64,000 nt of DNA from an uncultured virus (IMG/VR IMGVR_UViG_3300036823_000386) (lineage: Duplodnaviria > Heunggongvirae > Uroviricota > Caudoviricetes). Under the pieces are notes generated by a model that worked only from the letters and a program-made list of their open reading frames with translations, did no database searches and was not told where the DNA came from. This document shows positions 56,949 through 64,000 of the stretch, in pieces (the stretch's first letter is position 1; each line of letters opens with the position of its first letter). The DNA is taken from the IMG/VR virus record IMGVR_UViG_3300036823_000386. One strand, given 5' to 3'. A program made the position numbers and the translations under genes.

Positions 56949-57682
56949 AGATTGGTTTGATGCTTGAGCCATGAACCGAGCTTGGTGCTGTTGTAGGGCT
57001 GGAGATATTTGCGCGGGAAAACTTTCGCGGTCTGCATTTCACGCCAAAGACCGAGGTGTGAATCAGGATGGCGGGTGAGTTTGTGGCCGTAGTTGGAATG
57101 GGAAAAGGCGGAGTCGAAAAATCCGGCTTCGAATTTTTCGATGAGCGACGGTGTGGCAATGTCCGGAAAGTGGGCGGACCCTTTGCAGAGCGAGCCGTTG
57201 GCATCGCAATTATAATAGGGAGCCACGTAAAGCGGAGTGTCAGCGACAGGACGTTTGTTTTCTGCGAGCGCAAAGACGCGGAGGCCGCGGTTTGCCGCGA
57301 AAAAGAGTGGCGGATGCATGACGAATCGTCCGTTGAGTTTGCGCAATCCTTCGTTGACGTCCTTATCGCTCCCCGATGGCTTGAACCAGATGCGGCGGCG
57401 GCGCGCCGGGCACCACCACGTCATCTGCGAAAGGCTAATGCTCAGGATGCGCTCGGGGAGAAGATGGTTCTCGAGCTTTCGACCGAGGGATTCGGCCAGT
57501 GCTTCCACACCGGCAACGGTGACCGGCTGGCCAGCTTTGAGAACGGGCCGCCCATGCACAAGATCCACTTCATGGATAGAAGCGGCGGCGGCGCTGGAAG
57601 AACCCTGCTCCTCGTAAATGAGAACGGCGTGGGCAAGGTGAAAGTTGCGCTCGGCATTTCCGAATTTGGCTTCAACGCGCAT
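56945..57682 (-). CDS. PRTRC system protein B (prokaryotic E2 family D)
   Basis: WWCPA, LRVFAL...RP...LYVAPYYN...GSLCKGS, FFDSAFSH. Confidence 0.85.
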   Translation of the reverse strand: MRVEAKFGNAERNFHLAHAVLIYEEQGSSSAAAASIHEVDLVHGRPVLKAGQPVTVAGVEALAESLGRKLENHLLPERILSISLSQMTWWCPARRRRIWFKPSGSDKDVNEGLRKLNGRFVMHPPLFFAANRGLRVFALAENKRPVADTPLYVAPYYNCDANGSLCKGSAHFPDIATPSLIEKFEAGFFDSAFSHSNYGHKLTRHPDSHLGLWREMQTAKVFPRKYLQPYNSTKLGSWLKHQTNL

Positions 57683-58811
57683 AGTTGTCCTTTCCGATCA
57701 ATTTGATGAGATTTTCAGTGAGTTGCATGATGTGGAGATAATTGCGGAGGCGAACGACGGCGCGTTCGATGGATGGTTTGTCCCACCAGGCGAATGCGGC
57801 GTTGATTTCCATGGACGATTCGCCGGCTTCAAACATTGGGTTTATGACGTCGTCCCAGATTTGACACATGGGATCGCCCCCGCCCTGATTGTCGTATTTG
57901 TTCCAGTTCAAAAGGAACGGGCAAACTTCCCATTCCAAATGTTCAAAGCGATCGAAGTCGGATGAAAGCTTCCATGACTTGGAGCGGCGGCTTAGGGTTT
58001 CAAGTCCTTTCATCAGCGCGCGTGTGGCAATGACGATATTTTTGTGGCGCGGGTGCTTGATGCGCTGGGCGAGAAGCGCACGGTAGGAAAATGGTTTGAT
58101 AGCACCGCTCCCAGCCCAGCCGGGAATGGCTTTATCAAACTCCGCCTTTGTGTAAATGTTATAGTCTTTACGTATGTCGGCATCGCTGGTTCCAGGCGGA
58201 TAGTTACCACGGATCTCGTCCATAAAATCGGACTCGTCCATTTCTCCGCGCCAATAGGCAGATTGACACCAGCCATAAGCGCTACGCGGTGTCATGCCCC
58301 GGCAGGAATTGTGGAGACCTTCGTCGAGGGTACTAAGAACCGTTTGACCGAGCCGGGGCAGCGCAGCTTCCAATTCGCGTAGTGTAGGGCCGATGAGTTT
58401 GATGTAGGTTGACTCCATGTCGAGAGTCAGAAAAATGACGCCGACATTCTCCGGTGCATTGTTTTTCCGATAATCGAAATCATGGAATGACCCGAGTTCA
58501 GAGGCATCGTCGGTAAAATGCAGTTTGAGTTTGACGAGCGGATCCGGACGCGCGGTATCGCAAAGTTCGGCGAGCGCGCGGGCGCAAGAATTCCCAATGT
58601 GGCCGGTCCAGTGGCGGTCCTGCAGGACGTTTGCATCCGCTAGCCCTTCGGCAAACTGGGCGAGGCTTTGTTTGCTGCCTTCAACTTTGAAGCTGGGCAA
58701 GCAGGCAGAAAGGTCCGGGAGGGCTAAAGCGGTGGCGCAAGGAGCGATGACGGCATGGCGAAACGGAATCCGTGAGTCGTCCGGGCGAGTTTGTGTAGAG
58801 CTTTGCTGCAT
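57672..58811 (-). CDS. PRTRC system protein F-like
   Basis: LEAALPRLGQTVL...TP...YWRGEMDE; between proteins C and B. Confidence 0.7.
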   Translation of the reverse strand: MQQSSTQTRPDDSRIPFRHAVIAPCATALALPDLSACLPSFKVEGSKQSLAQFAEGLADANVLQDRHWTGHIGNSCARALAELCDTARPDPLVKLKLHFTDDASELGSFHDFDYRKNNAPENVGVIFLTLDMESTYIKLIGPTLRELEAALPRLGQTVLSTLDEGLHNSCRGMTPRSAYGWCQSAYWRGEMDESDFMDEIRGNYPPGTSDADIRKDYNIYTKAEFDKAIPGWAGSGAIKPFSYRALLAQRIKHPRHKNIVIATRALMKGLETLSRRSKSWKLSSDFDRFEHLEWEVCPFLLNWNKYDNQGGGDPMCQIWDDVINPMFEAGESSMEINAAFAWWDKPSIERAVVRLRNYLHIMQLTENLIKLIGKDNYAR

Positions 58812-58977
58812 ACCGTGAATTTCGGATTGTTGATGGGAAGGGGAGGAATGGTTTCTCCGCCTTGCTCCTGGGCGGCGATGGCAATTTTCTCGTGAAGGGA
58901 AAGCGCGGGTGATTTGACTCGCGCGCGACCGGAGGTTTTCCGGCGCGCGCGCGGCGACGATTTACGGCGCGGCATGA

Positions 58978-59187
58978 TTATCCCTTGGTGCCGGCGGAGA
59001 CGATGAAGGTGTAAGTCTGGACATTTCCTTTCATCACCGGTCCGTCAATCGCGGCGGTGGCGAGTTCGGGGTGGTCGGTGCTTAGGATGTCGCGGGCTTG
59101 CTCGACGCTGATGACCGGGTTGGGGTCCGCGAGTTCAGTTCCTTTATAAACGAATTTCCGAGCGATGTTGGAGGCTTCGAGGGGCAT
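58978..59187 (-). CDS. PRTRC system protein C (prokaryotic ubiquitin-like)
   Basis: RKFVYKG.ELADP...HPELATA.IDGP...AGTKG-stop. Confidence 0.9.
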   Translation of the reverse strand: MPLEASNIARKFVYKGTELADPNPVISVEQARDILSTDHPELATAAIDGPVMKGNVQTYTFIVSAGTKG

Positions 59188-59225
59188 AGATTATTTTTCT
59201 TATTGGGTTGTGGTTTGAAAATGGA

Positions 59226-59723
59226 TTAGATGCCGAGGTCGCTGGTGGCTGCTTCGGCTGATTTATCTTTGGGAGCAGGTTTTGGCTGTTCCTTTTTCTC
59301 TGCGGGTTCGTCCTCGCCTTCGCCTTCGCCTTCGCCTTCGCCTTCGCCTTCGCCTTCGCCTTCAGCGGATGCATCGGACGCGGCGGCGGTGGTCGCGGCG
59401 GCTTTAGGCTTGGATTTAGGGGCGAGCTTGGAGGTCTTGGCGTGCTGGTGCGCGGCCTCGACGTCGGCGATGGTGTTGCGCAGGCCGACGGTGGACACCT
59501 GGAAGCGTTCGAGCGTGGCGGCGAATTCCGGGGAATCCAATTCCTCGACCGTGCCGACCATGGTGAGCGGCTGGCTCAGGGCTTTGCGATCTTCACCGTG
59601 CTGGCCGTCCATGGTGAACAGCTTGGGGGTGACGTTCACGCGGAACTGGGTTTCGTTTTCGCGCGTGATGTGGAGGACGAGGGTATCGCCCTTTTTCAAT
59701 ATTGGAGTGAGTTCTTTGAACAT
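59226..59723 (-). CDS. PRTRC system protein E
   Basis: MFKELTP...VNVTPK...ALSQPLTMVGTVEELD; low-complexity tail. Confidence 0.85.
   Translation of the reverse strand: MFKELTPILKKGDTLVLHITRENETQFRVNVTPKLFTMDGQHGEDRKALSQPLTMVGTVEELDSPEFAATLERFQVSTVGLRNTIADVEAAHQHAKTSKLAPKSKPKAAATTAAASDASAEGEGEGEGEGEGEGEGEDEPAEKKEQPKPAPKDKSAEAATSDLGI
59314..59361 (-). repeat. Hexanucleotide tandem repeat (8 x TCGCCT on +) encoding (EG)8
   Basis: Directly visible perfect repeat. Confidence 0.9.
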
Positions 59724-59749
59724 GATTTATTGGCGGTTAGGGAATTGAG

Positions 59750-60910
59750 TTATTTGCTTTCAGATTTTTTTTCGGCGGGTTTCTCTTCCGACTTTTTGCT
59801 GGGCGGGGTGATGGCGGCGGTGAGGGAAAGCCATTGACGGCTGGCGACTTTGATGACGGCGGGCTTGAATTCTCCGATGCAATAGAGGCGCACTTCATCG
59901 TCATCCACGGCCGATAGCGCCTCGATCAGAAAGGGGAGATTGAAATTGACGGTGAGCGATTTGGTTTCGGGAATGAGCAAGGATTCGACGGCTTCACCGG
60001 GAATGTCTTTCCCGCGCCCGCGGACGGTGAGATTTTGTTTTTCGAATTCGAGGGTGCAAAGGTCCGTCACGAAGTTGACGCGCTGGAGCGTGCTTAACAG
60101 CAGGTGGCGATTGATGGGGATGCCCTCGCCCAGTTCCTTGGGGATGATGTTTTCGTAAGGCGGATATTTGCCTTCCATGAGTTTGCTGCTCAAGAGGGTT
60201 TCGCCGATTTGAAAGTGCGCGGCGTTTTTGCCGATGCCGGCGGTGACGGTAAGAGCGGTTTCATTTTCCCCCGGTTTTTTGGTGGAGAGCAGGCGAAGCA
60301 ATTCCTTGACGGCCTTTTGCGGGAGAATGAAATCGGCTTTTGCGCCGGCGACCCCCTCGGGCAACGGAACGGACTCGACGGCGAGGCGTTTGCCATCGCA
60401 CGCGGCGACGGTGAGGCTGCCGTTGAGCCGCACGAGAGAACCCTGGAGCATGGCGCGCGCTTCATCCGCGCCCTGGCAGTAAGCGGTGGCGAGCAAGAGG
60501 CTGTGGAAGATGTGCTGGGTGAGTTGGAATTCGCGCGAATCATCGAGCTTGGGTACCGGCGGCATGTCCTTGGCGGGCATGGAACCGAGTTTGTAGCGCG
60601 ACTGGCCGCACTCGATTTTCAAATCGTGCGTGAGTTCAATCAGTTCGACGGGTTGATCGCCGCTGAAGCTGTTGACGAGGTTGTAGAGCATGGCGGCGTT
60701 GACGGTGCAGGAGCCGGTTTCCTCAACGTCCACGGGGATGCGTGTGCTGATGGAGATGTCGTTATCCGTGGCGCGCAGTTCCAGGCTTTTGCCCTGGGCG
60801 CGCAAACAGACGTTGGCAAGGATGGGCAGCGAACCATTTTTGGTGGTGGCGCTGCGGACGATGTTCAGGGCTTTGGTCAGCTCCTGACGCGGGAGACTTA
60901 TTTTCATCAT
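59750..60910 (-). CDS. dnaN: DNA polymerase III beta sliding clamp
   Basis: LPILANV, LRATD, ACDGKRLA, SKLMEGKYPPY, FNLPFLIEAL. Confidence 0.9.
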   Translation of the reverse strand: MMKISLPRQELTKALNIVRSATTKNGSLPILANVCLRAQGKSLELRATDNDISISTRIPVDVEETGSCTVNAAMLYNLVNSFSGDQPVELIELTHDLKIECGQSRYKLGSMPAKDMPPVPKLDDSREFQLTQHIFHSLLLATAYCQGADEARAMLQGSLVRLNGSLTVAACDGKRLAVESVPLPEGVAGAKADFILPQKAVKELLRLLSTKKPGENETALTVTAGIGKNAAHFQIGETLLSSKLMEGKYPPYENIIPKELGEGIPINRHLLLSTLQRVNFVTDLCTLEFEKQNLTVRGRGKDIPGEAVESLLIPETKSLTVNFNLPFLIEALSAVDDDEVRLYCIGEFKPAVIKVASRQWLSLTAAITPPSKKSEEKPAEKKSESK

Positions 60911-61081
60911 ATGCGGATTGCGGTTGGGGTGGGAGATTTCCGCCACACGGCGAAAAGTTTTGGGCTAGACGGGTACTGAAAAGAAAGAAAACGGGGTTAG
61001 CGCGGCGCGCTGGACGTGTGTCCATCGGGTGTCTATAAAACACACGACGAACACACAAGGCAAGCTTTATTTCTAGAAATC

Positions 61082-61111
61082 AAAAAGGCCCGCACGAACG
61101 GCGTGCGGGCC
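61082..61111 (-). terminator. Rho-independent terminator (- strand)
   Basis: GGCCCGCACG-AACGG-CGTGCGGGCC stem with AAAAA on the + 5' side. Confidence 0.7.
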
Positions 61112-61158
61112 GGAGGCAGTTACTGGAAGAGTGTCAGTGCGGAATGCGGAGTGCGGAA

Positions 61159-61434
61159 TTATGCGCGGGAAAACCAGATTACACCGTCGCCTTTAGTTTC
61201 GGCAATGAACCCAGGAACGTAATCAGGTTTTTGCATTTCGTGATCCGGGAACCGCTGTTCGAATTTTTTGATTGCTGCCTTGAGCAAGGAAATTTTTTGC
61301 CGTGGAGTTAGCAACCGTTTTTCATCCATCACGCGGATGTTAAAGGTATCGCCCTTAAATTGCCCCCAATCTTCCAGGAGATAATTTACTTTAATGTAGG
61401 CGGCTCCCGTGGTTATTGCTTTTGGTTTTGCCAT
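61159..61434 (-). CDS. Hypothetical protein
   Basis: MAKPKAITTG...; AT-rich leader. Confidence 0.5.
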   Translation of the reverse strand: MAKPKAITTGAAYIKVNYLLEDWGQFKGDTFNIRVMDEKRLLTPRQKISLLKAAIKKFEQRFPDHEMQKPDYVPGFIAETKGDGVIWFSRA

Positions 61435-61445
61435 AATCGTTTTTT

Positions 61446-61658
61446 TTAATTGCGGCCGTCGTGGGAGATGTGCCAATCAGTCACGGACTGACGGGCTTCT
61501 TCGAGTTCGCGGCGGGTGCGTTGGAGGGATTCGTGATCGGGTTCACCGCTGCCTTCGCCACGTTTGATGATTTGTTCAAGCTGGCGTTCGAGTTGGACGA
61601 CGTTCTGCCGCAGTTGGGCGATGGATGGCGCATCAGACATGCGGCAGAACATAATCAT
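61446..61658 (-). CDS. Small coiled-coil protein
   Basis: IAQLRQNVVQLERQLEQ. Confidence 0.5.
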   Translation of the reverse strand: MIMFCRMSDAPSIAQLRQNVVQLERQLEQIIKRGEGSGEPDHESLQRTRRELEEARQSVTDWHISHDGRN

Positions 61659-62279
61659 TTAAGCGGCGGCCTGCAAGGCGCTTTCGGCATCAATGAGCGC
61701 GGCACGCACATTGCCGGCGGCGCCAAAGGCGATGTGGGTGATGGTGCGCTCGTCGGTTAAAAACTTGCGCAGCAGGCCTTGGACTTCGTGTTCCAGCGGG
61801 GGAGCCATTTCATAAATTTTGAAGCGGGTTTGAAAACGCTTTTTGAATTCGTCCACCTTGCAGTTGCTGGTGCAGATGACGGCGGCGCCATCGGGCAGAT
61901 CGTCGAGCAGGGTGAGGAACCGAACCTGGGCCACGGCGGGAATCATGTCGGCTTCCTCGATCCAAATGATGCGGTATGCGCCGTAGATATCGCAATAGTG
62001 CAAGTCGCGGGCGATTTCTTCCACGGTCTCGAGTTTGATTTGAGTGCCGTTATATTTTTTGTAGGACCATTTATCGGAAGGGTTCGCGCCGAGCAGGGTG
62101 ATCAAATAGCGCGACACGGCACTTTTGCCGATGCCGGGCTCGCCATTGAACAGGACTTTGATGGGCGCGTTGGCGTGGGCTTTGGCATCGGTGGCGACGC
62201 GGCCGAGTTGCAGGGAAACAGTTTTGGCATCGCCGATGAAATCGGCGGGCGACTTGGGGATATATCGGGTGGGAAGCAT
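61659..62279 (-). CDS. Clamp-loader/RarA-clade AAA+ ATPase
   Basis: RYIPKSPADFIG, GEPGIGKS, IEEAD, CTSN, FQTRF, GNVRAAL. Confidence 0.75.
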   Translation of the reverse strand: MLPTRYIPKSPADFIGDAKTVSLQLGRVATDAKAHANAPIKVLFNGEPGIGKSAVSRYLITLLGANPSDKWSYKKYNGTQIKLETVEEIARDLHYCDIYGAYRIIWIEEADMIPAVAQVRFLTLLDDLPDGAAVICTSNCKVDEFKKRFQTRFKIYEMAPPLEHEVQGLLRKFLTDERTITHIAFGAAGNVRAALIDAESALQAAA

Positions 62280-62306
62280 AATTCAATGCGGAGTGTGGAA
62301 TTAAAA

Positions 62307-63134
62307 TCAGGCGGCGACGGCTACGCGAGTGGCGAGCCAGTCTTTTACAGTTTTGGAGTTGATGATTTTGGCGACGTTGCCGGATTGCCATTTGCCGGTG
62401 TTGAAGCGGGTTTCGCCTTTGTATTTGATGATGTCGCCCCGGCCATGTTTGGTGGGGACGTTGTGGGCATTGAGGTTTTTCGCGATGCTGTGATAGCCCC
62501 AGCCGGCGTTGCGAAGCTGGACCATGTAGAGGATCCATTTTTGCTCTTCGAGATTGTCCACGAGCTTGCGGATGTTGACGGTGTGTTTGCCTTTGGGGCG
62601 AGCTTCGCCGGTTTCGACGGCGTCCCAGCCATACGGCACAGTGCCGCACAGTTCGCCTTTGGAGCGTTTTTCCTCGAAGCCGGCGGCGATGCGTTCGTGG
62701 ATGCGGGCGAGTTCAAGCTGGGCAAAAATGGCGGCGATCTGAAGGAAGGCCATGCCCATGGGCGTGGTGGTATCGCAACCGATATCGAGGAACACCATGC
62801 GGACCTTGAGCGAGTGAAACAGCTTCACGGTTTGGGAAACGTCAATGGTATCGCGACCGAGCCGGTCCACCTTCGGGATGATCATGGTGACCGAACGATT
62901 GGCGGCGAGCGCTTCGTGAGCGACGGCGACGAGACGCTTGCCTTCCTTGCGTTCGGCAAAGACGGAAGCGCCGCTGGCGTTCGCTTCCGCGAAGATGATG
63001 GGTTCGGGCAACTGATACGCGGTGCTGTACCGGCGGATGGTTTCGCTTTGGGCGTCCACCGAAAGTTCCTGACGATCGGTGGACACGCGGATATAGCCCA
63101 GGCAAATGGCGGCGGGCGGAGAATTAGTTGTCAT
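62307..63134 (-). CDS. Serine recombinase (resolvase plus recombinase domain)
   Basis: GYIRVSTDRQ...S..AQ, KVDRLGR, ERI, VPYGW, IAKNLN. Confidence 0.9.
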   Translation of the reverse strand: MTTNSPPAAICLGYIRVSTDRQELSVDAQSETIRRYSTAYQLPEPIIFAEANASGASVFAERKEGKRLVAVAHEALAANRSVTMIIPKVDRLGRDTIDVSQTVKLFHSLKVRMVFLDIGCDTTTPMGMAFLQIAAIFAQLELARIHERIAAGFEEKRSKGELCGTVPYGWDAVETGEARPKGKHTVNIRKLVDNLEEQKWILYMVQLRNAGWGYHSIAKNLNAHNVPTKHGRGDIIKYKGETRFNTGKWQSGNVAKIINSKTVKDWLATRVAVAA

Positions 63135-63197
63135 ACAATGAAGGATTGAACTGCGCAGAGTCGTGAGGGCACGACGGCCCATTGGGGGACCGATTGG

Positions 63198-63653
63198 CTA
63201 TGCGTTGCGGAGGAAACGGGTGCGCCAGGCGGGTAGTTGGCCGGGTGCAGGCGGATTGATGGGAATGGATTTGGCGACCTGGCTGGCGGGTTGTTCGTCG
63301 AAATTTACTTTCACGACGTTGGGCACTGGCGCTGGCCCGGGTGGATTGCCGGAGATGAGTTGTTCGGCGAATTTGCGGGTGACGTCGTTGCGGCGGGCAT
63401 ACCAATATTTTAATTTGCGATGCCAATGCCATTGGTGCGCGGCGGGAAGTTCGGCGGTGCGATGGAAGGCGGCGAGGGTGGGTTCATCGGGCCGCGTGGG
63501 GAAACGCAGTTCGAGGCCGTCCTTGGCGTTGTTCTCGGTGAGCGTAGGAGAGTGCGAGATGACGGGCGGCCGTGGAATATCGCCCTTGGGCAATGGCTGA
63601 GGGCGTTGGGGTTTGACGGGCGCGTTGGGGCGCAGAGGATTGAAGCGTGGCAT
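63198..63653 (-). CDS. Hypothetical protein with polyvalent-protein-like small domain
   Basis: GLELRFPTRPDE...WHWHRKLKYWYA. Confidence 0.55.
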   Translation of the reverse strand: MPRFNPLRPNAPVKPQRPQPLPKGDIPRPPVISHSPTLTENNAKDGLELRFPTRPDEPTLAAFHRTAELPAAHQWHWHRKLKYWYARRNDVTRKFAEQLISGNPPGPAPVPNVVKVNFDEQPASQVAKSIPINPPAPGQLPAWRTRFLRNA

Positions 63654-63661
63654 GATTTTAT

Positions 63662-64000
63662 TTATTTGGTTGAGGGGGAAATGTAACCGAGTTCGCGAAG
63701 GGAACAGTGGCGGCCGGCGCCGATGATGATGTGGTCTTCGACTTCGATTTTAAGCAGTTGACCGGCGCGCACCATGTCCCGGGTGACTTTGATATCTCCT
63801 TCCGACGGACCTGGATCGCCACTGGGATGATTGTGGCAGAGAATAATGGCGGCAGCGCTGGTCATGATGGCGACGCGAAAGACTTCGCGCGCGTGGACGA
63901 GCAAGGTGTCCATGGTTCCCGTAGCGACGAGGTAATGGCCTTTGATGCGGCGGCGGGTATTCAAGATCAGGACGACGAAACATTCGACTTCAGGATTGTA
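63662..64000 (-). CDS. radC: RadC-like JAB/MPN domain protein (5'-truncated by window)
   Basis: ECFVVLILNT...VHAREVFR...HNHPSGDPGPSEGD...DHIII; frame open to 64000. Confidence 0.9.
   Translation of the reverse strand, partial: YNPEVECFVVLILNTRRRIKGHYLVATGTMDTLLVHAREVFRVAIMTSAAAIILCHNHPSGDPGPSEGDIKVTRDMVRAGQLLKIEVEDHIIIGAGRHCSLRELGYISPSTK

Larger units (their letters stand above)
1..64000. mobile_element. Tailed (pro)phage genome, incomplete
   Basis: TerL, TMP, chaperone frameshift, head genes, recombinase; no host housekeeping operons seen. Confidence 0.9.

Noticed and set aside
58724..58975. 83-aa ORF between PRTRC C and F as the missing protein A
   Set aside because: No JAB HxH motif; too short; may be a real basic peptide but function is unsupported
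1..64000. tRNA, rRNA, IS elements or stop-codon reassignment
   Set aside because: No cloverleaf or transposase motifs noticed; genes pack tightly under the standard code

Overview
The window holds most of a tailed dsDNA (pro)phage genome with siphovirus-like tail genes, arranged in two convergent arms. The + strand (1-44095) carries regulators, displaced putative tail-tip genes, terminase, an inserted nuclease/SNF2 pair, putative portal, protease, scaffold, capsid, tail tube, a lysis-like cassette, neck genes, a tail chaperone with a -1 frameshift, tape measure and an internally repeated distal tail protein. The - strand (44168-64000) carries two methyltransferase-fold genes around a SNF2 helicase, ASCH, DUF4326-like, GNAT, radical SAM, a PRTRC ubiquitin-like cluster, a beta sliding clamp, a clamp-loader/RarA-like AAA+ ATPase, a serine recombinase and a RadC/JAB protein cut by the window edge. 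Protein motifs suggest a Verrucomicrobiota host (inference). Highlights: (1) six fibre/decoration-type genes inside the virion operon begin with Sec-type or type IV prepilin signal peptides, and the nearby lysis cassette has a lipase but no recognisable endolysin; (2) an E1/E2/Ubl PRTRC set lies directly downstream of the phage's own sliding clamp; (3) early proteins share clamp-binding-like LPLW motifs and Ala-Ala C-termini; (4) an exact 25-bp late-promoter-like repeat and several strand-polarised small repeat families are present. All calls rest on motif recognition by eye; no searches were run.
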